Assembly (NCBI GenBank): GCA_947259875.1
Contig: CAMYNX010000004.1
Span: 1-56,947 of the forward strand
From: an uncultured Gammaproteobacteria bacterium
GTDB taxonomy: Bacteria > Pseudomonadota > Gammaproteobacteria > Arenicellales > JAANXG01
Reading direction: 5' to 3'
Length of the DNA stretch: 56,947 nt
The notes below the pieces were generated by a model. It was not told the DNA's origin and ran no database searches. It saw nothing but the letters and a program-made list of their open reading frames with translations. Shown here piece by piece: positions 28,936 to 38,181 of this stretch. Position 1 is the first letter of the stretch, and each line of letters starts with the position of its first letter. Made by a program: the position numbers and the translations under genes.

Positions 28936-29565
28936 TCAAGGCATGGGTATTTCCTGGACCTTGCCGGGGACATGGAAACCGCGTTGCACCGCAGGACGTT
29001 CTGCAATCTCGACATACCAGCGTCGTAGATTGGGATACTCACTGAGATCCATCGTTTGCCACTCGAATCGGGATATCCATGGCCAGGTCGCAATGTCGGC
29101 AATCGAATAATCGTCCACCAAGTATCGGTGCTCCGCGAGTCGCCGATCCAGTACCTCGTAGACACGTCTGTTTTCGGTGAGAAAGCGCTGTTCAGCATAC
29201 TCACTCTTACCCGGATTGAATCTTACAAAGTGGTGGGTTTGTCCGAGCATCGGTCCGACGCCGCCCATTTGGAACATCAACCATTCAATAACCCGCCAGT
29301 AAGTCTCGCCACCTTCAGGCATCAAGTGGCCTGTTTTATCTGCGAGATACATCAAGATTGCCCCGGACTCCATCAACGTCATGCCGTTGTCGTGATCCAC
29401 GATCGCCGGGATCTTGTTGTTGGGGCTTATCTTGGTAAATTCCGAATCAAACTGGTCGCCCTTGGTGATGTCGATGGGGAAGACTCGATAGGACAACCCA
29501 ACCTCTTCCAGCATAATCGAGACCTTACGGCCGTTGGGTGTATTCCATGTGTATAGATCGATCAT
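28936..29565 (-). CDS. yfcG: Nu-class glutathione S-transferase (YfcG-like disulfide reductase)
   Basis: From ATG 29565: MIDLYTWNTPNGRKVSIMLEEVGLSYRVFPIDITKGDQF..ISPNNKIPAIVDHD..ESGAILMYLADKTG..GGVGPMLGQTHHF. This is near-collinear with E. coli YfcG. Confidence 0.8.
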   Translation of the reverse strand: MIDLYTWNTPNGRKVSIMLEEVGLSYRVFPIDITKGDQFDSEFTKISPNNKIPAIVDHDNGMTLMESGAILMYLADKTGHLMPEGGETYWRVIEWLMFQMGGVGPMLGQTHHFVRFNPGKSEYAEQRFLTENRRVYEVLDRRLAEHRYLVDDYSIADIATWPWISRFEWQTMDLSEYPNLRRWYVEIAERPAVQRGFHVPGKVQEIPMP

Positions 29566-29766
29566 AGCGGGGCATGTTCCAAGCAAAGGTTCTGTAATGC
29601 TCGTTGGGGCTATTGTGGTCCGGCGTTGTGGCAGCCGCAATCACTAAGGGCCGCTTTCCATGTCATATCGTGACCGATCCTATCATCACGAATCCAGGGC
29701 CTGCCCAACGCGATGTAACCACGCACAGCCGTGGTACCAAGCGAATCCGACGGGTACAGCTTACAA

Positions 29767-32700
29767 CTAGCCCGCGACGCTGAGCTTGAGGGGCGATGTC
29801 ATTTCCGACAGTGGCTGCGGCCGGCCAACACCGAATCCCTGAGCGTAATCAACAGAAATTTCCCGCAGCTTCTCGAATATCGCGTCATTTTCAACAAACT
29901 CGGCGATTGTCTGTTTACCCATAACCTGGCCGATTTCGTTAATTGATTTTACCATCGCCAACGCGATCGGATCGTCAACGATATCTTTTACGAACATGCC
30001 GTCGATCTTCAGAAAGTCAACGGGCAAGTTCTTGAGATAAGCGAACGAGGATAAGCCGCTGCCAAAATCATCCAGCGCGAAACGGCAGCCGCGTGCTCTT
30101 AGGGTGTCGATGAGGTGGGTGGCGCTGTCAAAGTTAGCGATCGCTGCGGTCTCTGTAATTTCAAAACAGATCTTCTCTGGAGGAATGGCCATTTCACTGA
30201 GTTGTCTGATGACAAACTCTAGAAATTTCTTATCTCCCAGGGAATGTCCCGACAGGTTTATGGAGCACAGATAAATGCTATCTAAGTGTTGTGCTTGATC
30301 TGTGAGCCATTTAAAGGCAGTGGAAATCACCCACCGATCGAGCGCAACAGAAAGATTGTAGCGCTCGGCAGCCGCCAGAAACACGCTCGGTGATATCGTG
30401 CCGCCGGTTTCGTCTTGCATACGGATTAGAAACTCAAAGTGCTGACGTTTGTCACCCGCATTAACGATGGGAACAATGGGCTGGTAGACCAAATGAAATC
30501 GATCCTCCTCGAGTGCTTGGCTGATACGCGAGACCAGTTGCATCTCCCCATGTCGTCGTGCAAGTCCGCTATCGGACTCGTGGTAGACATGAATGCGGTT
30601 ACGCCCCGCGTCTTTGGCGGCATAACATGCGGCGTCAGCCGTACTCAGAACGCTAGTCACTGTCTCGTTAGGTCTGCCGATGGGAACCAAACCAATACTA
30701 ACGCCAATAGTGAAAACTTTTTCGTCCCAAACAAAACGGAAATGGCGAATCGTCTTTTGTAGGTCTTCGGCGATACGTTCGGCCTGCTTTAGAGAGCAAT
30801 CTTCCAATAAGACGCCGAATTCATCGCCCCCCAAACGCGCCAGGGTGTCCCGCTTTCTGACCTTGTCTTTAAGTAGCTTCCCTAATCGCCGCAGCAGTTC
30901 GTCACCCGCGATGTGGCCGCATATATCGTTTATGACCTTAAACTGGTCCAGATCGAGATAACACAGGGCGTGCTCCGAGTGGTTGTCATTCGCCCCCCGT
31001 AGGATATGCGTTAGGCGTTTTTCGAACTCGCGTCGATTAACCAACCCGGTCAAGGAGTCATGGGATGCTTGGTAGGAAATCTCTTCAGCCAGCTTGTGGG
31101 CCTCGGTGATGTCCTCGCAGACAACTAAAATGACCTGTTTGCCGTCCACATCCTCGGTCACGCGAGCGGTTTCTCGCGCCCACAGTACGCTTCCATCCTC
31201 GCGTATCCGGCGCGCCTCCCATCGGTATAACTGACCTGGTGCTTGGGTCGCCTTGTCCAGGAGTTGCTTCACTTTGTCTCGGTCGTGGTTGTGAACCAGC
31301 GCGAGTAACGACGTGCCGGTCAGTTGTTGCTCGGTGTAACCCAACTGTTGGGCGCCGAACGGATTGACCGATAATATTGTGCCGTCGGGACTGACAGTGA
31401 AGTACATGGAAGGATTGTCGTCGTATAGCACGCGATAGCGCCTTTCGCTTGCCCCCAGCGCCGCTTCGGCCCGCTTCTGGGCGGTGATGTCGGCTCCGGC
31501 GCCGCGGTAGCCCTGAAACACACCATCCGAATCGAAGATCGGTTTGCCGCTGATCTTTAGGTACCGCGTGCCCTTTTCCAGCTTCGCTTGGTACACGAAA
31601 TCGCGGAACGGCCGTCGCGCTTCGAGATCGTCCAGGTGTCTACTCCCGGTCTCGGAGTTTTCCGTCTCGGCCATCACTTCCTCACGGGATTTACCAATGA
31701 GGTATGTGGGTGACGTGCCGGTCACCTGTTCAATGCGGCCCGAGAAATAGGTAAAGCGTAGATCGGGCCCCATCTCCCAGATCCAGTCCGAGGCCGCGTC
31801 GGCGACATCACGAAACCGCTCTTCGCTTTGCCGCAGCGCCTCTTCTATCTGCTGTCGTGCGGTAATATCCTGCACCGTCCCGAGCATACGCATCGGCTTT
31901 TGTGCGTCATCGAAGGTAATCTCCGCCCGTTCATGCACGACACGTACTTCCCCAGACGGTAGCATGATTCGATGTTTAACGTCGTAGGATTGCTGCTGAT
32001 CAAGAGCCCTATCCACCGACGCCATTACCATGTTCCGGTCGTCGGGATGGACAAAATCGAGAAACGCCTCGAAAGTTCCGTCGAATTCCTCGGGTTGAAT
32101 AGCAAAGATGCGGTAGACCACATCTGACCAATCGAGTTCATTGGTCACCACATTCCAGTTCCAGCTGCCTAGAAGCGCGACGCGTTGGGCCTCGGCGAGG
32201 CTGGCCTGGCTGCGGCGCAGTTGCGCCTCCGCCCGTTTGCGGTCGCTAATGTCGATGACCGTGCTTTGGATGGCAGGCTCTCCCTGCCAATGAATCGTCC
32301 GCACGAGATTTTGTAGGATCACCGTCGACCCGTCCTTACACAGCGCTTCGTATTCATACTGGCTGGGGGCCGGTTCTCCCTTCATTCGGGCATCGGTATA
32401 GCGACTGAGGCGTTCCCGCTCATCGGGCGCGACACAGGCATCCATGGATTCCATCGCCACGATCTCGTCCGGTGATTCGTAGCCGAGCATGTTGGCAAAG
32501 CTCTGATTCACGAACAGCGGTTTGCGTTGTCGATCGATGAGAATTCCTTCGATGGAGCCTTCGATTAAGTTGCGGAAGTGCTCTTCGCTTTCCCGCAGCG
32601 CCTCCTCTACCTGCTTGCGTTGGGTGATGTCGGTAAAACTCACAAGCGCCTTGGCAGAGTCACCCTCTTGCCCGGGAATGGCCAATGTCATTAACATGTT

Positions 32701-34230
32701 CATACGCTGTCCCTGCAAGGTCTCAAGACTTGCTTCGCCCTCGAAGAATGTCTTTCCATTCGCAATGGCAATGAGTTCCTCTTTAAAGACAGCGAATGAT
32801 TCCGGAACAAATAGTTCTTCCAGAGAGCCCAGCAATTGCTCCTTATTCTTGGCGCCGAATAATCTCAGGCTGGCGTCGTTAACGTCGAGTATTTCGATAC
32901 GACTCACTGCATCGCGGACAAATTCCGGATGGTCATCGAGGTACCCACGTAAATCCTTTATTCCCTGGGCTTTCAAGTCATTGAGCGCCGTTTGAAGCTG
33001 CGAAAAGTCTTCTTCCCAGAGGGATACCCCCGCTGACTGGAAAATAGTTTGGTATCTCGTCTTGCTGTCCTGCAAGGTTGACTCAGCGCGTTTGCGGGCG
33101 CGGATCTGCCACATCAGGTACGTACTCAAACCAATTAGAAAAACAACGACGGCAATCACGATGGCAACGAGCCCGGCGTACTGTTTCATAAAACTCGCCG
33201 GTGTGTTGACCACGATACTATCCACCGGAAGAGAGGCCGATGAAATACCAAAGCGTTTCAAGGCCGTGTAATCAAACATTGGACGATTGGGACTTTGGTG
33301 CATTACCTGGATAGAAGAGATCGGCACCCCCTGCAGCACCTTCTCAACCATCAGCGCCGCATGTCTACCCTGCTCGCGGTGGCTCAATACCACGCCCCCC
33401 AAAGCGCCGGTGTGCACCGCGTTTTCCCGCAGTACATAGACCGGTGCCGAGGAACTCTCCGTCATCAGGGCCAGCGCATGTTGTTTGTCCAATACCGTTC
33501 CTTTGCTGTCGCGAAACGACGTCAGGCGGAGAACCGCGGTGTTGGGTCCAAGCTGCGCCAGTCGCCGCGCGAGCTGCGCCCAGCTCAGGGCCCCCAAAGA
33601 CAGGACCTCAAAGTCGATATCCGGATAGAGCTGGGACAGGTGATCGAAGATTGATCGATCGGCTTCGCCACTGGGGGTCGTATCGACGACTGCTACGATT
33701 TTCTTTAGCGACCGCTGCAAGGACTGCATGAGGTCGATGGTACGCTCATAAGACAGTGCCTCGACGACGCCGGTAATCGACGGATGATCATCCATCTGCA
33801 TGGCCCGGTTTACATCATTCACCGCCAGAAAGACCATCGGGACTTTCGGAAACAGTTGCGCCTGATGGTCCAGGGTAAAGTTCAGGGCATTGTCGTCCGA
33901 GAGCATCACCACATCGTAGGGCGGGCGTTTTGCGAGCTTGTAGGAGAGCAACCGCAGGAAGTTATCCTTGCTCATGTCGTCCAGCACGCGCTTGCTGTCC
34001 ATATACTCGATATCGAGGGTCAATTCGTGTTTATCGAGTACCGACCGTACGCCGTGCAGGATCGCGTCCGAGCTGACGAAAGTCGGGTGGTAGGAGAACA
34101 GCAGCAAGACTCTCTTGTGACTGAGATCGGGGCCGGGCTCCTCGGCAGCATGCAGCGACGCCCACGCGACGCCCATCAGTGTCCCGACGGTAACGGCCAG
34201 AGTCCGTAGCACGCTATTGTTAACACGCAA
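29767..34230 (-). CDS. Giant c-di-GMP signalling protein: periplasmic ABC-substrate-binding-like module - TM - multiple PAS/PAC - GGDEF - EAL
   Basis: 1487 aa. Signal/TM at the N-terminus, TM at YAGLVAIVIAVVVFLIGLSTYLMWQI. At least five PAS/PAC units (repeated ..AL..SEE.FR.. linkers). RKRD-x5-GGDEF (I-site present), EFLIR and DDFGSGLSSF EAL motifs. Confidence 0.85.
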   Translation of the reverse strand: MRVNNSVLRTLAVTVGTLMGVAWASLHAAEEPGPDLSHKRVLLLFSYHPTFVSSDAILHGVRSVLDKHELTLDIEYMDSKRVLDDMSKDNFLRLLSYKLAKRPPYDVVMLSDDNALNFTLDHQAQLFPKVPMVFLAVNDVNRAMQMDDHPSITGVVEALSYERTIDLMQSLQRSLKKIVAVVDTTPSGEADRSIFDHLSQLYPDIDFEVLSLGALSWAQLARRLAQLGPNTAVLRLTSFRDSKGTVLDKQHALALMTESSSAPVYVLRENAVHTGALGGVVLSHREQGRHAALMVEKVLQGVPISSIQVMHQSPNRPMFDYTALKRFGISSASLPVDSIVVNTPASFMKQYAGLVAIVIAVVVFLIGLSTYLMWQIRARKRAESTLQDSKTRYQTIFQSAGVSLWEEDFSQLQTALNDLKAQGIKDLRGYLDDHPEFVRDAVSRIEILDVNDASLRLFGAKNKEQLLGSLEELFVPESFAVFKEELIAIANGKTFFEGEASLETLQGQRMNMLMTLAIPGQEGDSAKALVSFTDITQRKQVEEALRESEEHFRNLIEGSIEGILIDRQRKPLFVNQSFANMLGYESPDEIVAMESMDACVAPDERERLSRYTDARMKGEPAPSQYEYEALCKDGSTVILQNLVRTIHWQGEPAIQSTVIDISDRKRAEAQLRRSQASLAEAQRVALLGSWNWNVVTNELDWSDVVYRIFAIQPEEFDGTFEAFLDFVHPDDRNMVMASVDRALDQQQSYDVKHRIMLPSGEVRVVHERAEITFDDAQKPMRMLGTVQDITARQQIEEALRQSEERFRDVADAASDWIWEMGPDLRFTYFSGRIEQVTGTSPTYLIGKSREEVMAETENSETGSRHLDDLEARRPFRDFVYQAKLEKGTRYLKISGKPIFDSDGVFQGYRGAGADITAQKRAEAALGASERRYRVLYDDNPSMYFTVSPDGTILSVNPFGAQQLGYTEQQLTGTSLLALVHNHDRDKVKQLLDKATQAPGQLYRWEARRIREDGSVLWARETARVTEDVDGKQVILVVCEDITEAHKLAEEISYQASHDSLTGLVNRREFEKRLTHILRGANDNHSEHALCYLDLDQFKVINDICGHIAGDELLRRLGKLLKDKVRKRDTLARLGGDEFGVLLEDCSLKQAERIAEDLQKTIRHFRFVWDEKVFTIGVSIGLVPIGRPNETVTSVLSTADAACYAAKDAGRNRIHVYHESDSGLARRHGEMQLVSRISQALEEDRFHLVYQPIVPIVNAGDKRQHFEFLIRMQDETGGTISPSVFLAAAERYNLSVALDRWVISTAFKWLTDQAQHLDSIYLCSINLSGHSLGDKKFLEFVIRQLSEMAIPPEKICFEITETAAIANFDSATHLIDTLRARGCRFALDDFGSGLSSFAYLKNLPVDFLKIDGMFVKDIVDDPIALAMVKSINEIGQVMGKQTIAEFVENDAIFEKLREISVDYAQGFGVGRPQPLSEMTSPLKLSVAG

Positions 34231-34641
34231 AACTCACGCTCCCTCTTTTTCCCAGGCTTGAATGCCGTCCAGCCAATCGTCCGCGCGGTGATCCGCGGCT
34301 GTTATCTACGTAATTGTTCGACCGTCCAAAATATTGAAAACTTTTTTCAGGACCACGTCCGATGCACTCGCGTAAGTATAGATAATGCACCGACTTTTGG
34401 TACTTCTCACCACCCCGGATCATGCCGATATCGGCGTAACTTATTGATATATGGAACGTATACCACGTAGGAGTGATCCGGTTGGGAATCTCACAGATAC
34501 AGAAGCTGCGGTTTTATTGATCCATCCCCGGGCATCAGCGCCAGGGCGTGGATCTCTAATGTTGTACGGAAAGCGCGCCGGCTACCGCATGCCGCGCCCG
34601 GCGATGTCCCGTCTTGCCGGTGGCACGGCGAACGATAACGG

Positions 34642-35163
34642 TCAGCGAATTTGATCAATGGCGTAGATCTTTTCCATGATCTGGGGCCGGATCAGTGCGT
34701 AACCCTTGCTCTGCCAATGGACGAGTTCGGTGATTGCCGACGGCACGACCTCGACGAACTCATAAAGATCGTGCGGCGCATATTGATACTCGGGCAATGC
34801 CAGTCCGCACACCTTGAAGACGACACCGAGTTCCGCGTAGTAACGCATGCGTTCCACGGCCTGTTGATACTTCTGGTAATTGTTTTTGGCCAGGGTCACG
34901 ATCTCCATGCCGTGTAGCACAATCACTACGCTGTTTTGTTCCGGAGCGTAGTTATAGGGATGCTCCGACAACGGATTTAATAACCCGCGTACCCAATACA
35001 GGGCGGAATTGATTGCCTGGGGCTCGTTGAAATAGAAATCAAAAACTACCTTTTGTGGCTCATAGGGTGTCTGCGAGAACTGCCCCGCCATCGCAGTGCT
35101 GGATAATAGAGCAACGATACCGGCCAGGGCGCCGGTTACGGAACGAGGATAGAGTGTGGTCAT
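34642..35163 (-). CDS. DsrE/DsrF-like (COG1416-type) protein with signal peptide
   Basis: 173 aa, GGAGGG SD. ..QKVVFDFYFNEPQ..VVIVLHGMEI..GVVFKVCGLAL..VVPSAITELVHWQSKGYALIRP fits the DsrE-related fold pattern. Confidence 0.55.
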   Translation of the reverse strand: MTTLYPRSVTGALAGIVALLSSTAMAGQFSQTPYEPQKVVFDFYFNEPQAINSALYWVRGLLNPLSEHPYNYAPEQNSVVIVLHGMEIVTLAKNNYQKYQQAVERMRYYAELGVVFKVCGLALPEYQYAPHDLYEFVEVVPSAITELVHWQSKGYALIRPQIMEKIYAIDQIR

Positions 35164-35228
35164 GACAAACCCTCCGTGACTTGGAGGACTTTAATGTAGG
35201 CTTTCTGTAGGACGGAATCCAGGCGCGC

Positions 35229-36545
35229 TTATCGTTTCGTCTTCTTGTCCAGTTCGCGCAGTCGGGCAAGCTTCTCGGAGATCTTCTGTTCCAGACCTCT
35301 ATCTACCGGCCGGTAGTAGATCCGCCGCGGCATGCGTTCGGGAAAGTAGTTCTCACCGGCCGCGTAACCTTCGGGTTCGTGGTGGGCATAGCGATAGCGT
35401 TGGCCGTGACCAAGCTGTTTCACCAGTTTGGTCGGCGCATTGCGCAGATGCATGGGCACCTCCAGGGACCCGAATGTTTGCACGTCATCGCCGGCGGCGT
35501 TGAACGCGGTATAAACGGCGTTACTCTTGGCGGCGCAGGCGAGATAAACAATGGCTTGTGCGATGGCGAGGTCGCCCTCGGGACTGCCGAGCCGCTCGTA
35601 GGCATCCCAGGCGTCCAGACATAAGCGCAGCGCACGCGGGTCGGCGTTGCCAATATCCTCCGATGCCATGCGTACAACACGCCGCGCGATATAGGTTGGG
35701 TCACAGCCGCCGTCGAGCATACGCGTGTACCAATACAAGGCCGCATCCGGCGCCGACCCGCGTACCGACTTGTGCAACGCGGATATCTGGTCATAGAACA
35801 CATCACCGCCTTTGTCGAAGCGTCGCATACCGCCGGTAATCACGTCGCGCACGATGTCGGGGGTTATCAACAATCCGTTATCTGTGTTGTCGGCGAGATC
35901 GGCGGCAATCTCGAGAAAGTTCAGCGCCCGGCGGGCGTCTCCGTCCGCCGCCAAGGCAATCTGGTCGCGCAGGGGCTCGTCAATGGTTATCTGTTGTTCT
36001 CCCAGTCCCCGCGAAGGATCGGTCAGCGCCATGTCAATGACTTTTCGTATTGCGGCTCGGTCCAGGGCCTTGAGTACATACACCCGCACGCGAGACAACA
36101 GGGCCGAGATCAGTTCGAACGAGGGGTTTTCGGTGGTTGCACCGACGAAGGTCACGGTACCGTCCTCGACGTGGGGCAGAAACGCGTCCTGCTGCGCCTT
36201 GTTGAAGCGGTGGACTTCATCGACGAACAACACCGTGGGCCGATGTTGATCGCAACGCGCTTGCTTGGCGCTTTGCACCGCTGCGCGAATATCCTTCACT
36301 CCCGACAGCACTGCCGAGACGCGTAGGAACTGGGCGTCGGCGCGCTGGGCGAGTAGATGGGCGAGTGTAGTCTTACCACTGCCCGGCGGACCCCAAAACA
36401 CCATCGAGTGCAATAGACCGCCTTCCAGTGCCCGCCGCAGCGGTTTGTTTTCAGCCAGCAGATGATCCTGTCCCATGAACTCGTCTACTTTGTGCGGGCG
36501 CATCCGATCGGCGAGCGGTCGTAACGCTTGGTCGTCAGCCAACAT
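35229..36545 (-). CDS. rarA: Replication-associated recombination protein A (AAA+ ATPase RarA/MgsA)
   Basis: 438 aa. LADRMRPHKVDEFMGQDHLL, Walker A GPPGSGKTTLA, Walker B VLFVDEVHRFNK, C-terminal MgsA blocks ..FYDQISALHKSVRGS..DAALYW. Confidence 0.95.
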   Translation of the reverse strand: MLADDQALRPLADRMRPHKVDEFMGQDHLLAENKPLRRALEGGLLHSMVFWGPPGSGKTTLAHLLAQRADAQFLRVSAVLSGVKDIRAAVQSAKQARCDQHRPTVLFVDEVHRFNKAQQDAFLPHVEDGTVTFVGATTENPSFELISALLSRVRVYVLKALDRAAIRKVIDMALTDPSRGLGEQQITIDEPLRDQIALAADGDARRALNFLEIAADLADNTDNGLLITPDIVRDVITGGMRRFDKGGDVFYDQISALHKSVRGSAPDAALYWYTRMLDGGCDPTYIARRVVRMASEDIGNADPRALRLCLDAWDAYERLGSPEGDLAIAQAIVYLACAAKSNAVYTAFNAAGDDVQTFGSLEVPMHLRNAPTKLVKQLGHGQRYRYAHHEPEGYAAGENYFPERMPRRIYYRPVDRGLEQKISEKLARLRELDKKTKR

Positions 36546-36624
36546 AAATTATCCTTGGATCAGGGTTGGTGATACGCATCGCAAATGAACCTCAAGCGCG
36601 CAAATCGTTGGATTGAAGCGGTAT

Positions 36625-38181
36625 TCATGATCTGAGCGCATCGAGTGAGTCAAGCAACGCCGCTCTACCGCGCTCGAGTTGTTGATACGCTGCTTCGAGC
36701 CTTGCGGTCAGCACCCGTACGGCCTCGTCTACCCCGGATTCCAGACCACGCCGGGCGCTGGCACGCAACGAAGGTTTCAGCGCCCGATAGATTACCAACG
36801 GCGCCAACCAGGCAAGGAATATCAAAAGTAGGCTGTGGATCGCGAAATCAATGCCCAGAAAATCGCCACCACCGGCCAGCGCTTGCTGGTAACGGGTCAC
36901 GACGTGATACGCGGCCCAGGCGGTGGCGGCGAGTGGCAGCAGATACATGGACAAACGGGTGACTGCGCGCACACCCCGGATAACTGGGGTGCCCGGATTG
37001 GACAGCGCCCGCTCGAGACCCGCTGCTGCGGCGCCGATCATGGTGTCGTTCGCCGCTGCCAGGCTCGACTGTATCGATCGTTGCACCGCGCCGGTGGCGA
37101 TACCATGCACCTCGGTATCGATCACCGCCTGACTAACGATGTCATCTACATAGTGTTGTGACTGAACCGACCACAGTTGCGCGCGTAGATCGGGCAGCTC
37201 GATACTGTCTGGCGGGACCGATGTTCGCGTGCCGAACCATCCGCGTTTTCGATCGCGAAAACGGTTAGCGATAGTCTCAATCGGCCAACGCATACTCTCC
37301 TGGAGCTTGGTCAATATCTGCTGTGCATGGACACGATGGGCTTGAACGAAACGCGGCCAGGTTTTGTCATCTCCGAATCGCGTCTTGAGAATGGCACGCA
37401 GCTGTTCGAGATCGCGCAGCCGCGCCCAGACCCCTATCCGTTTGAGTTCGGCCAGTCCGTGGGAATCGATGGCTTCACGGATAGTCTGCTCGATGCGTTC
37501 AAACTCGTCTGGTGTCGCATTACCTGCGCAACTGCTTTTCAGAACTATCGGCTCATTGAAGCCGGCGTGTTCGAGATCGCTGACGAACTCCGCAACCTGT
37601 TCCGCGGTACCGATATCCCATTGATTCATCACAAACAGCCACCGGTGGCGATGTCCACGTCGGTTAACGATTTGCCAGCCTGCGTCGTCACGATAGCGTT
37701 CAGGGCTGACTACATAGATCACCCAATCAACATAGGGTAACCATGCGAACACCAATTTACGGTTGGCGGTTTCGGTACTGTCGATGTCCGGCATATCGAT
37801 CCACACCACATCTCGTTTTGAATTGTCCCGGTGGTGTGCAACGAGAGTCTTGTTGACCGGGAACTCCTTGGGCAGCGAGGCCAGTGCATGAGACTCGTGC
37901 AAGTACAGCGTGACCTCCCGGGAGGTTGGGCGCTCGACCCCGACCTTGGCGATGGACTCTCCGGCCAACCGGTTCAAAAGGCTGCTTTTGCCGACGCCGG
38001 TGCCGCCGAACAGGCCGACCACTAACGGCCTTTTGTCTGCGGTCACGAATAAGTCGTCTGCAGTGGCCCGTTCTATTTTATGCAGCGACTTACGGTCTGT
38101 TTCCGTGACCCAGCCCTGGTCCATTGCGGTGTCCACCCACTGCGTTAGCGCCGCATAGGCTTGTTGAAATTCGTGGCTCAC
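36625..38181 (-). CDS. Dynamin-like / MMR_HSR1-type GTPase with C-terminal membrane hairpin (partner B)
   Basis: 518 aa. P-loop GLFGGTGVGKSSLLNRL, switch II-like WIDMPDIDS, G4-like FVMNQWD, a long helical middle part, then two hydrophobic helices LSMYLLPLAATAWAAYHVV / FAIHSLLLIFLAWLAPLVIY. The start overlaps the upstream stop (ATGA). Confidence 0.6.
   Translation of the reverse strand: MSHEFQQAYAALTQWVDTAMDQGWVTETDRKSLHKIERATADDLFVTADKRPLVVGLFGGTGVGKSSLLNRLAGESIAKVGVERPTSREVTLYLHESHALASLPKEFPVNKTLVAHHRDNSKRDVVWIDMPDIDSTETANRKLVFAWLPYVDWVIYVVSPERYRDDAGWQIVNRRGHRHRWLFVMNQWDIGTAEQVAEFVSDLEHAGFNEPIVLKSSCAGNATPDEFERIEQTIREAIDSHGLAELKRIGVWARLRDLEQLRAILKTRFGDDKTWPRFVQAHRVHAQQILTKLQESMRWPIETIANRFRDRKRGWFGTRTSVPPDSIELPDLRAQLWSVQSQHYVDDIVSQAVIDTEVHGIATGAVQRSIQSSLAAANDTMIGAAAAGLERALSNPGTPVIRGVRAVTRLSMYLLPLAATAWAAYHVVTRYQQALAGGGDFLGIDFAIHSLLLIFLAWLAPLVIYRALKPSLRASARRGLESGVDEAVRVLTARLEAAYQQLERGRAALLDSLDALRS

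Noticed and set aside
35772-36326. 184-aa plus-strand ORF and other long antisense ORFs (7539..8141, 52466..53086, 54219..54836, 5277..5741, 536..1216)
   Set aside because: All overlap strongly supported genes on the opposite strand and have no recognisable motifs.
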